A DNA stretch of 64,000 bases from an uncultured Planctomycetota bacterium. GTDB taxonomy: Bacteria; Planctomycetota; Phycisphaerae; UBA1845; JANYLN01. A program made the translations under genes and the position numbers. The notes below the pieces were generated by a model that did not search any database, was not told the DNA's origin, and saw nothing but the letters and a program-made list of their open reading frames with translations. The DNA is taken from contig CAWBCK010000005.1 in NCBI GenBank assembly GCA_963787325.1, positions 1,520,333 through 1,584,332 on the forward strand, given 5' to 3'. This document shows, piece by piece, positions 55,572 through 64,000 of the stretch (its first letter is position 1; each line of letters starts with the position of its first letter).

Positions 55572-57684
55572 TCAGTTCGATTGACCTATGGTCAGGCTGT
55601 TCAGGTAATCGGCTAAGGCCTTCTGCAGGTCTTCGACCTTTTTGTTTTGCGCGGTCAGGTCCTGCTGGAGATCGTCGAGTTTGTTTTCTATGGCCATGAG
55701 CTTCTTCTCGTAGGTCTTGTAGGCCTGGCCCGTTCGGTCGAGGGCGTTCATTACCGGGGGCAGACTGGGCACGCTCGTCCTGCTGGGCACTGATGCGGGC
55801 GCGGATGGCGGCGGCCTTGCTTTGGGCGTCGGCCAGATCGTTCTTGCGTTTGGCGGCTTCGGTCAGTGCGTCACGCACCTTCGACGGGATTTCCTTGTTT
55901 GAGGCGTACGCCATTATGGTGCCGACATCGCACGGGAGGATCTCGAACCGTTCGCCGTGGATTCGTTCCTCAATCACAGTGAACTTGCCTTCGGCGGCCT
56001 TGTCCTTTTCCGCGGCGGGCACCTGGACTTCGAAGCGATAGAGCGAGGGCGTTTCCTCGGCGGGTTTGGCTGGTGTGAGCAGTTTTCGGCTGTTGTCGCG
56101 CGGATGTTCGATGATGACCGTTCGGGGCTGCTCCGCCTTGTTCTGGAGGGCGTAGACCTGGGTGTATTCATCGCGCCGCGTGGTATGCAGGACGCCTCGG
56201 ACGATGCGGGCTGAGACGATCTTCTGCGTCGATCGGCTGGTTGGATCGACAGTGACTTCCAGGTCGATGGCGTAGCTGAGCAGGCGCTTCTCGCCGGGGG
56301 CCAGGTTGTCGAGGCGGGCGTCGCCGGCGTAGGTGCCGCCGTCGAAGACCGTCACGGGGCCGGCCAGCAGCGAGAGCTTCGTATCGTTGGTCAGCCAGAC
56401 GCCGTTGAGGGGGTTCCTGGCGAGGACGGCCTGGTTGTAGATGCTGACCTTGCGGGCCTGCACATCCTGATTGACGATCGGCAGCATGGCGCGTCTTACG
56501 CCGGGCGAGCGTTACCGGCGTGTTGATATGGTAGCTGAAGAGCTCGCCGACCGAGCCGCCCGAGGCGATCGCCTCGATGCCCTGCATCAGGGCCTCTTTG
56601 TCACGAGCAGTCTGGGCCTGGTAGCCAATTCTATCCATTGCCACGCCGGCAGCTGCTCGCGGCGCGGCAGGGGCTGGACTGGCCAGCGACATGGCCTTGC
56701 GAGCCTCTGGAAATATCAGCTGGGCAGCTCGGCAAGGTTCCTGGCCTGTTCGCTCATGCCTTCCTCGTACATCTGGGGCTTCAGCGAGGTGTACAATTCC
56801 GGTTTGACTTCCGGCCGGGGGACGTAGAGCGGTGTATAGAGATCCTGGACGAACGAGATCGGCCGGCCGGCTACGAGCGTCAGGTCGACGTTGTCCCAGT
56901 CGAAGTCGCTGGTGTTTTCGAGGATCGCCCAACCTTGCAGGCGTGAGGCGGCGGCCTTGTGCGCTTCGGCTTGTGACTCCGGCTTGTCGCCGAGGACAAG
57001 GCGGTAGCTGGTCTTCCAGATCGGTGCCTCGGTGACATAGGCGATCCGCACGGGTCGCTCGCCTTTGCCCTCGAAGTCGACCTGGACGCTCTTGCGGTCG
57101 GTGTCGCGGCTGTCGACCAGCAGGGCCAGGGCCTTGGACAGCTCCTCGTTGAGCTTCGGATCGTTCAGGTGGATCGCCGAGACGGATTCCAAGGGGATCG
57201 AGCGGATGCCTTCGCCCGTCATGATGTTCAGGTATTCCTTCTCGACCAGCACGTCAGCGGGAAGGATGTTCTGCTTGTGTTTTTCGACACCGAGGATCTT
57301 GCCGGTGACCTTGTCCGGTGCGGTCAGGGTGACTTCCGCCCCGCGCACCTGGTCCAGCAGTGCGCCGAGCGACGGGTTGCCGCTGATATCCACGCTGAAG
57401 CTTTTGAGGGCGCGGGCGAGCGGTTCCTGCGAGGCGTAGGAGACGCTGGCGGTGCCGCTGCCGGACAAGTCCAGCAATACCAGGGATTTGAGGATGTCGT
57501 TCATCTGGCTGGTCTTGAACTTCAGCAGGATCTCGGCGTTGCCGTCGACGGTGCCGTTGTGTTCGTAGCAGGCGACGCCGGAGTTGAAGCATGTGACCCT
57601 GGTGACGGGCAGATTGACCTCGGCTGCCATCGTTGGCAAAGCCGCTACCACGACGAACGACAAGACAAGCGCAAGTGTCCGCAT
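55572..57684 (-). CDS. DUF4139-domain secreted protein (frameshifted)
   Basis: Signal peptide; NDILKSL, PIWKTSYRL, QGWAILENTS..DW, GELFSY, GPVTVFD, LLSYAIDL. Confidence 0.8.
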
Positions 57685-58081
57685 CTGGCTTTCTCCTGAA
57701 ACGGTCGACCGCGTTTCGTTCCTCTCGATTAGACGCGGCAAGCGTGCTTATGTTCCCTTTGGCTTCGAGATCGGCACCATGCCAAGAGAAAGCACGCAGG
57801 ATGAAGGTCACAAAGAACAGCAATTCCTTCATCGGATTCGTCTGCCGACGTCGACCATCGTTTGTTGGACTCCCAGGATTCTACACGGTGTCCGCTCGAC
57901 GGTGACAGGTGCAGCCGTGGATTCTGCCGACTCTAGCTGTTAGGCATTCAAGATGTTGAGTTCGTGCGACGGCCCATGCGGTGTCGGTGCGGTGGACCGC
58001 ACGGTGTCAGCCCGCTAGGATGCCGATCTTTGAGCCGGATCTCGGCGATGGCGCGACTGACGCCCTGTCGCCACGACTACC

Positions 58082-59623
58082 ATGGCGATCGGAGTTGTGA
58101 TGGGTTGTCTGCCTGCCGAGAGCGCTGCTGTACTGCCGCCGTGTGCCGCCCTGCTCATCGACCCTCCTGCGTATGAGGCACCCGCCCGCCAATGGACGGG
58201 GGTGCGATCTCAGTCGCTGGCCCTTTGTGTGACGGGGGCTGCGTCCGGTCTGCTGATGGCTGGTTGCTTCTGGCCGGTGAACTTACCCTGGCTGGCATGG
58301 ATTGCGCTGGTGCCGTTGCTTGTGATGCTGTGTTGCGCATTGGCGCGTCAGGCCTGGCTTGGCGGTACGGTGCTGGCAGTGACATTTTATGGCGTTGGCC
58401 TGGCATGGTTCCTTGATGTCGACGTGGTTCTCGGGGCCGGGCTTGTCATTGCCCTGTCGCTATGGATGGGGCTCGGGTTTTGTGTGACGCGATTGCTGAT
58501 GGATCGCCTCAGGCCCTGGGCGATGCTGTGGGCGCTGCCGCTGGTGGTGGTGGGGCAGGAGGTGCTGCGCTGCGAGGGGCTTGCGCGTCTGCGGTTTCCC
58601 TTCCTTGCCTGGGGCTACAGTCAGTCGCACAATCTGTGGCTGGCCCAGATCGCCAGTCTGACTGGCGTGTATGGCATCACATTTCTGATCGTGCTGGTCA
58701 ATGCGTGTCTTGCCTGGGCGGTTGTCCGCCGATCGTGGAAGGGGATTGTCCCGGCTGCGGGGTCGGTCGGGCTGGTGCTGTTACTTGCCGTCGTTGCGCA
58801 GCCGGCCGACTACACTCATCAGCCGCGTATTCCGGCGGCCTCGATCCAGGTGACCGGTCAGCATCCTGAGCTGATACGCGATCTGACGCGGCAGGCTGCT
58901 ACGGACCATTCCGCCCCCGGCTGCTGGTGCTGCCGGAGCATATCGCGACGCAGTTCGCCACGAGGGATCGTTCGCTGATGGCGTCGCTGGAGGGTCTGGC
59001 CAGGGCGTGCAGTGCGATCATATGCGTGGGCGCACACGTCAGTCCGCCGGTCGGTGCGGCGTGCGCAGTTCAGCAACGTGGCCGTGCTGATCGGACCGAA
59101 CGGGCGGATCCTTGGCGAGCAGGCGAAGATGGTGCCGCTGCCATTCTTTGACGACGGCGAGCCGGGCCGGCGCCAGACGGTCATCCATACAAAGTACGGG
59201 GTCGTTGGTACGTACGTCTGTTATGACGGTCTGTTTACGGACATGCCGCGGCACGTGGTTCAAGACGGTGCGCAGATTCTGCTCGTGCCGAACATGGACG
59301 CGCAGGGATGGCCTGCCCAGGAGCGCTGGCAGCATGCGGACATGGCCCCTTTTCGTTCGATCGAACTGCGCCGCTGTGCCGTTCGCGCCAACGGTGCGGG
59401 CATCTCGCAGATCATCGACGCGACCGGCCGAGTTACTGCCAGACGAACCGGTGAGGCGGGCTCGGGTGTCGTCCTCGGCGACGTATACCTGTTGTCGCAA
59501 CAGACGCCGTTTGTTCGGGGAGGATACCTGCTCCCGCCGGCGGCCGGGGTGATCTTCATCCTGCTGCTCATCTGGATGATCATCTGGCAATTCGTGCGGC
59601 GACGCGAGGCAATATCGCGATAA
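58082..59623 (+). CDS. lnt: Apolipoprotein N-acyltransferase (frameshifted)
   Basis: WLAWIALVP, WGYSQ, QIASLTGVYG, LPE, KMVPLPF, VCYD, RSIELRR...ANGAGISQIID. Confidence 0.8.
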
Positions 59624-59714
59624 GCGAGGATGATCGTGGCGGGCTGCAAGGCTTTGCACGGGCAGGCAAGTTGCCAGTGGCACCCGCAAGACGCAGAGTG
59701 TCACAAACGTCTGA

Positions 59715-61175
59715 TCAGATGCGCCTTGCGGCGGCAGATACGACCGCATCGATCGCCTTGATCTGATCGGTATCCAGGATCGGCTCGACGGGCTCATTCC
59801 ACAGGCTTTGCGCTATATCCATGGCCTTGGCTTCGATGCCGGGACTGGGCGCGCCTCGCGCGGCCTGCCACGGTTGGGTCCTGAACATCTGGCTGAGGAA
59901 CAATTCCTCCCGGAAGTGCTCGGCGGTATGGGCCTCGGCCAGGTAGTTGCCGCCGGGGCCGACCTGGCGGACGACGTCGAGGGCGAGCGTTTCGTCATTG
60001 ACTTCTACAGGTTTGAGAGACGTGCGTATTCCGCGGACGAGTTCGTTGTCGATGACCAGCTGCTGCGGGCTGAATGCGACCGCGTTTTCGATGTGGCCGA
60101 CCGTGCCGATGCCTACCGCCCCGGCCAGCACGGGCATCATCATGCTGAGGGCCTTTTCGGCGCCGGCCTGAAGGTCGACGAAGCGGCTGTCCGTCTTGCC
60201 GCCGTGCACGCCGCTGGGGCAGCCGTAGTATTCGCTGATCATCTGCACGCGCACGACAAGCAATCGCAGGCGGTCCATGTTTCCATAGTGGAAGATGCCG
60301 GACTGCATGTCGCAGCAACCGGGGATCATGTCGACGCCCACGACCGCCTCGTCATCGACGGCATAGCCAAGCACAAGCCCCGCCAGCGTCTCGGCGGTGC
60401 CGAGCGCCAGTGTTCCCGCGGCGGTCATCGGCGCGGTCGCGCCGCCATTGGGCATCGTATCGAGCGTCTGGGGCAGGCCGCGCCGGATATACTCGATGAA
60501 GATGTCCGCCATGTTGCCGTCGAGACAGAGGGGCGACCTCGCTTCGCCGTAGCCGACCAGGATCGGTTCGGCCTTGAGGGCTTCGATGCTGCCCTTGATG
60601 ATCGTGCCGATCTCGATGAGGTAGGGGATGTCCTCGTGGCGGAAGGTTTCCACGCCGCCGAACTTTGTTGTGTGCTTGGCCAGTTCGGCGGCCATCTTTA
60701 CCGGGCGCAAGGCGATCGGCGTGGTTTGATCCGCGACCGGCAGGCCGGTGTAGGTGATCTCGTCGAGGGCGTTGACCATGTGGATGGAGCGGTGGACGTC
60801 GTCGAGTGTGGCCGGCCGGCGCTGTCCGTCGAGGTCGTAGATGAAGCAGCTGAACCCGCCGGCGTTGACGGTGAAGTCGGGATGGATGCGATGCGGCTCC
60901 GCCCCGAAACGGATGTGTGAATAGCGGACCGCCATGCGCCGGCCGTCCCGCCTGGCGGCGTAGTCCGCCCGCATCTTATCGACGTATCGCTGGACCAGGC
61001 TTCGATCGAATCGGACGATCCGTGAGGCGTCATCGATGTTGGCGCCGACCTTTCGCACATACTTCAGTGCCCGCTCGCTGTCGATCTTCATGCCGACGTC
61101 GTGAAGGATCGTCAGGGCGGCCTGGTGAATGCGTTCCATATCGTCGGCGGCAAGAACGCGGATCGGCTCAAGCAT
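59715..61175 (-). CDS. Trimethylamine methyltransferase (MttB) family, non-pyrrolysine
   Basis: IHQAALTIL, SPL, GGATAPMTAAGTL, DLQAGAEK, QLVIDNE, VGPGGNYL. No in-frame amber codon. Confidence 0.85.
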   Translation of the reverse strand: MLEPIRVLAADDMERIHQAALTILHDVGMKIDSERALKYVRKVGANIDDASRIVRFDRSLVQRYVDKMRADYAARRDGRRMAVRYSHIRFGAEPHRIHPDFTVNAGGFSCFIYDLDGQRRPATLDDVHRSIHMVNALDEITYTGLPVADQTTPIALRPVKMAAELAKHTTKFGGVETFRHEDIPYLIEIGTIIKGSIEALKAEPILVGYGEARSPLCLDGNMADIFIEYIRRGLPQTLDTMPNGGATAPMTAAGTLALGTAETLAGLVLGYAVDDEAVVGVDMIPGCCDMQSGIFHYGNMDRLRLLVVRVQMISEYYGCPSGVHGGKTDSRFVDLQAGAEKALSMMMPVLAGAVGIGTVGHIENAVAFSPQQLVIDNELVRGIRTSLKPVEVNDETLALDVVRQVGPGGNYLAEAHTAEHFREELFLSQMFRTQPWQAARGAPSPGIEAKAMDIAQSLWNEPVEPILDTDQIKAIDAVVSAAARRI

Positions 61176-61179
61176 CGGT

Positions 61180-61932
61180 TCAGACCTTACATGGTGGCTC
61201 GCCGTGTACGCTTTGGATCGACTCGCTTGCCGCATCGACCTGTTCCGGCTGGCCTGTTACGCTGATCCACAGGCAGCCTTCGGCGCCGTAGATGCCGCCG
61301 CTGGCGACGAGCCTGGCGGTCGCGCCGGTCAGGTGATTGATCGCGTCGAGTTCGGTGAACACCATACCCGGCAGCGGCAGCAGGCGCGGACCGGTTGCGT
61401 CCGGTGCGTTCAGTTCGTCGGCCAGCATGTCGATATCGTCCAATACCCGTTTTTCCAGCCCGATCGGAACGATCAGCTTGACACGCCGGCCGATGGCTGC
61501 GCGAATCGCCGCGCCGGCTGTGCCGGTCTGCGGATCAGCGATCAGCACGGCAGCCCGGTTGCTGAGCACGTCGACGGCATTGCCACCTTTGAGGATGACG
61601 TCGCCGGATTGAAGCGTGTCGGCCACGTCGAAGATTGTGCGGCCCTGTTGCCACTTGCCGTCGACCAGCACGACGTCCCCGGGAAAGTCGCTGGCCACCA
61701 CCCTGGGGTCAAACCCGGGCGGGAACACCGTTCCCCGTCGGAAGCCCGTCCGTGCGAAGCCGGCTGCCTGGCCGGTCGCCTTGAGGATCTCTTCCGCGAC
61801 ATAGCCGTTGGTGGTGCCGGCGACGATGACCAGGGTCCCCTTCTTGAGGATCGCCTGGATGGCTGGATGTGCGGCCATGCCTTTGCCGATGAGCCGCTTT
61901 CCCATGGCGGGCGTAATGACGAACTGTCTCAT
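61180..61932 (-). CDS. Conserved hypothetical protein
   Basis: GKRLIGKG, VAGTTNGYVAEE, LKGGNA, IPIGLEK, GGIYGAEG. Confidence 0.75.
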   Translation of the reverse strand: MRQFVITPAMGKRLIGKGMAAHPAIQAILKKGTLVIVAGTTNGYVAEEILKATGQAAGFARTGFRRGTVFPPGFDPRVVASDFPGDVVLVDGKWQQGRTIFDVADTLQSGDVILKGGNAVDVLSNRAAVLIADPQTGTAGAAIRAAIGRRVKLIVPIGLEKRVLDDIDMLADELNAPDATGPRLLPLPGMVFTELDAINHLTGATARLVASGGIYGAEGCLWISVTGQPEQVDAASESIQSVHGEPPCKV

Positions 61933-62122
61933 GTAGAGTCTTCCTGTCCTGTGAGACGACCGCGTTTCTCGTCAGCGTCGGAGTGACATATGTAGTGATA
62001 CATCGGTGGGCGGCGACGGTCAATGATCGGTTTGCCTGGGCACTTGCCTGATACAGACTCACCCCCTCACGCCGACTGTCCGGCAGGGCAGCCAGATCTT
62101 TCGGGGTTCATATGCTCACGGC

Positions 62123-62150
62123 CGTGGCCCCGCAACGGCGCGGGGCCACG
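62123..62150. terminator. GC-rich hairpin downstream of the YbaK-family gene
   Basis: CGTGGCCCCGC-AACGGC-GCGGGGCCACG, an 11-bp stem without a clear U-tract. Confidence 0.5.
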
Positions 62151-62167
62151 ATCAGGTAAAGCAAGGC

Positions 62168-62629
62168 TTACGTGGCGATATGCGCCACCTTGGGGTGTAC
62201 GAGTTCCTCGAAGTCGCGGTACGCAAGCCGGACGATCTCGGTGTGGCTGCCGGCATTGAAGGATATCTGCTCGTCCTCCTGCAGCTTGTCGGCCACGATC
62301 GTGTCCAGTCCGTACAGGTTGCCGAACGGCGGTTCGGCCCCGGGCTGGCAGTCCGGGAACACGTCGGCGAACTCCTGTTCGTTCGCCAGTTCCACCCGCT
62401 CCGTGCCGACCTCCTTCTTGAACTCCTGCAGGTCCAGTCGCCTCGGGGCCGGCAGTACCGCCATTGCGAGTTTGCCGTCGATCTTGACCATTACCGCCTT
62501 GGCGACGTCCTTGCCCGGTACGTGGGCCGCGGCGGCTACGCCCTGGGCGGTATAAGCAAGCGGGTGATTGACTACGTCATACTTGATGTGATGACTGTCA
62601 AGATACTCCATCAGACGCTTGGCTGGCAT
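62168..62629 (-). CDS. YbaK/EbsC aminoacyl-tRNA deacylase family protein
   Basis: HPLAYTAQ, VAKAVMVK, FPDCQPGAEPPFG, FNAGSH. Confidence 0.9.
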   Translation of the reverse strand: MPAKRLMEYLDSHHIKYDVVNHPLAYTAQGVAAAAHVPGKDVAKAVMVKIDGKLAMAVLPAPRRLDLQEFKKEVGTERVELANEQEFADVFPDCQPGAEPPFGNLYGLDTIVADKLQEDEQISFNAGSHTEIVRLAYRDFEELVHPKVAHIAT

Positions 62630-62911
62630 GACACGCTCCTTTTTTGAAATGAACCGTGTAGTCCGGCTTGTCGAGCTGCGGCAAACAACCCGGCGCCGGC
62701 AGGCGAGGGTCTTGCCAGCAGATCCATCCGATATCCAAGCCTCTTCCTAATTGAGCTTAACCCGCCGAGCGGCCGGGTCAACTGGCTGATATGCCTGTCC
62801 GGCAGCCGAAACGTGATCAGGTTCCCGCAGTTGCGTCACAAAAGACAGCCGAGGGGGAACCCTTTGCAGGAGCCCGCCTCGGCTGAAGTTGTTCGCGTCT
62901 TCGCGTTCTCG

Positions 62912-63691
62912 TTATATAAGCGTCATAGGCCCATGGACTTGAGGTTGCGATAGACTGATCGCCAGCGACTCGAACGGGCTGCGGTCGTAGCACTGGTCCT
63001 GCTCGACCAGGGCCCATTGCACGCCGCTTTCGCGGGCGGCCTGCAGGATCGCCTGCCAGTTGAGGTTGCCCTCGCCGATCTCTGCGAACCGTTGCTGGCG
63101 GTCCGGCATGATGGCCATGTCCTTGAGATGCAGCAGGGGCTGCCTGCCGAACAACCGCCGGACCCAGGCCGCCGGGTCGCCGCCGCCGGCGGTGATCCAG
63201 TAGGTATCGATCTCGGCCTTGAGGATCTTCGGGCTCGCCTGCTCGTAGAGCATCGTCAGCCAGGTCTTCTCGCCGTAGCGGACGAGTTCGTGATTGTGGT
63301 TGTGATAGGAGAAATCCATGCCTGCGGCCGCGAGTTTCTCGGACACCGGGCCGAGCTCGTCAATGAACCGCTTGAGACCGTCAACGCTGAAGTATTCCTT
63401 CGGCAGACCGCCGATGGCCGGATGGGGGCAGTCCCACATCTTGTGCTCTTCGATGACGGCATCGAGTTCCTTGAGAAACCGTGGCCAGCCGACGTGCGTG
63501 GCGGCACAGACCAGCCCGGTGTCCTTGAGCACTTTGGCGACTTCCTTGGGGTCGACCGGCCCGAATCCCGAGATCTGCACGCCGGGATAGCCGATAGCGG
63601 CTATCTTCTTGAGCGTTTCGGCGATATCCGGGATGGTCTGGCAGTGGTCCCGCACGGTATACAGTTGTGCGCCAATTATCAGGCTCGACAT
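62912..63691 (-). CDS. Sugar phosphate isomerase/epimerase (xylose isomerase-like TIM barrel)
   Basis: GAQLYTVRD, YHNHNHE, EIDTYW, LHLKD, EIGEG, VEQD. Confidence 0.88.
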   Translation of the reverse strand: MSSLIIGAQLYTVRDHCQTIPDIAETLKKIAAIGYPGVQISGFGPVDPKEVAKVLKDTGLVCAATHVGWPRFLKELDAVIEEHKMWDCPHPAIGGLPKEYFSVDGLKRFIDELGPVSEKLAAAGMDFSYHNHNHELVRYGEKTWLTMLYEQASPKILKAEIDTYWITAGGGDPAAWVRRLFGRQPLLHLKDMAIMPDRQQRFAEIGEGNLNWQAILQAARESGVQWALVEQDQCYDRSPFESLAISLSQPQVHGPMTLI

Positions 63692-64000
63692 CTTTCTCTC
63701 CTCTGGGATCGTCATCTGTTCCAGGTCCGCGCCACCACTTCAAAAAGGCAACAGAAACAGCCTACCGCAAAATAGACGCCGTGCAACGCTGAGGGACTTG
63801 GCGACGCATAACGGCAGAGGTCAGGAGCGAAAGCCGATCCTGTCAGCCCGGATTTGCCCGGGGGCCCGGTCTTGCCTTAGAATCTGCCGCACCGGCTGGA
63901 GGTCTGAGCCGCTCCCACAATCTGACGTGACTACCTGCGTCCAACCTGGCTGACGAGGTGCAATGAACGCGCGAAAGACACTGACATTCCTGATCCTGGC

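Noticed and set aside
59808-60920. Long antisense ORFs (also 35247-36197, 27637-28629, 51090-51914)
   Set aside because: They are shadows of well-supported genes on the opposite strand in GC-rich DNA and carry no recognisable motifs.
59715-61175. Pyrrolysine recoding in MttB
   Set aside because: The ORF is uninterrupted with no in-frame TAG, and no pyl genes are present.
1-64000. Numerous frameshifts read as programmed frameshifting or mass pseudogenisation
   Set aside because: They affect island and housekeeping genes alike (xerC, lnt, aldo/keto reductase), and I saw no shared slippery motif. Long-read indel error is the simplest explanation.

Overview
Bacterial DNA, probably from a planctomycete (Phycisphaerae-like gene content; inference). 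Many genes carry single-base frameshifts typical of an unpolished long-read assembly. Bases 1-~46.9 kb look like the right part of a lower-GC (judged by eye) integrative island ending at a tRNA-Ser(GCT) cut in its anticodon loop. The island carries: (i) large secreted beta-helix, M23 and lysozyme-like proteins sharing a C-terminal dockerin-like tag; (ii) a tightly coupled ubiquitin-like conjugation operon (Ubl, E2-like protein with a 10x CxxC tail, JAB, DUF6573, E1/ThiF, DUF4230), the best candidate for an uncharacterised system; (iii) an IS1182-family element that splits a PLD/Nuc nuclease gene; (iv) a C-protein-like regulator with C-boxes; (v) a 13 kb defence operon (SNF2, SIR2, HerA, GHKL-nuclease, type III Mod, RhuM, Res); and (vi) a HIRAN/prim-pol replication module followed by an iteron-like origin. 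Bases ~47-64 kb are higher-GC core-like genes (aldo/keto reductase, hydrolase, amidase, xerC, TolB-like, DUF4139, lnt, MttB, YbaK, TIM-barrel isomerase). All family calls come from motifs read by eye, not from database searches.
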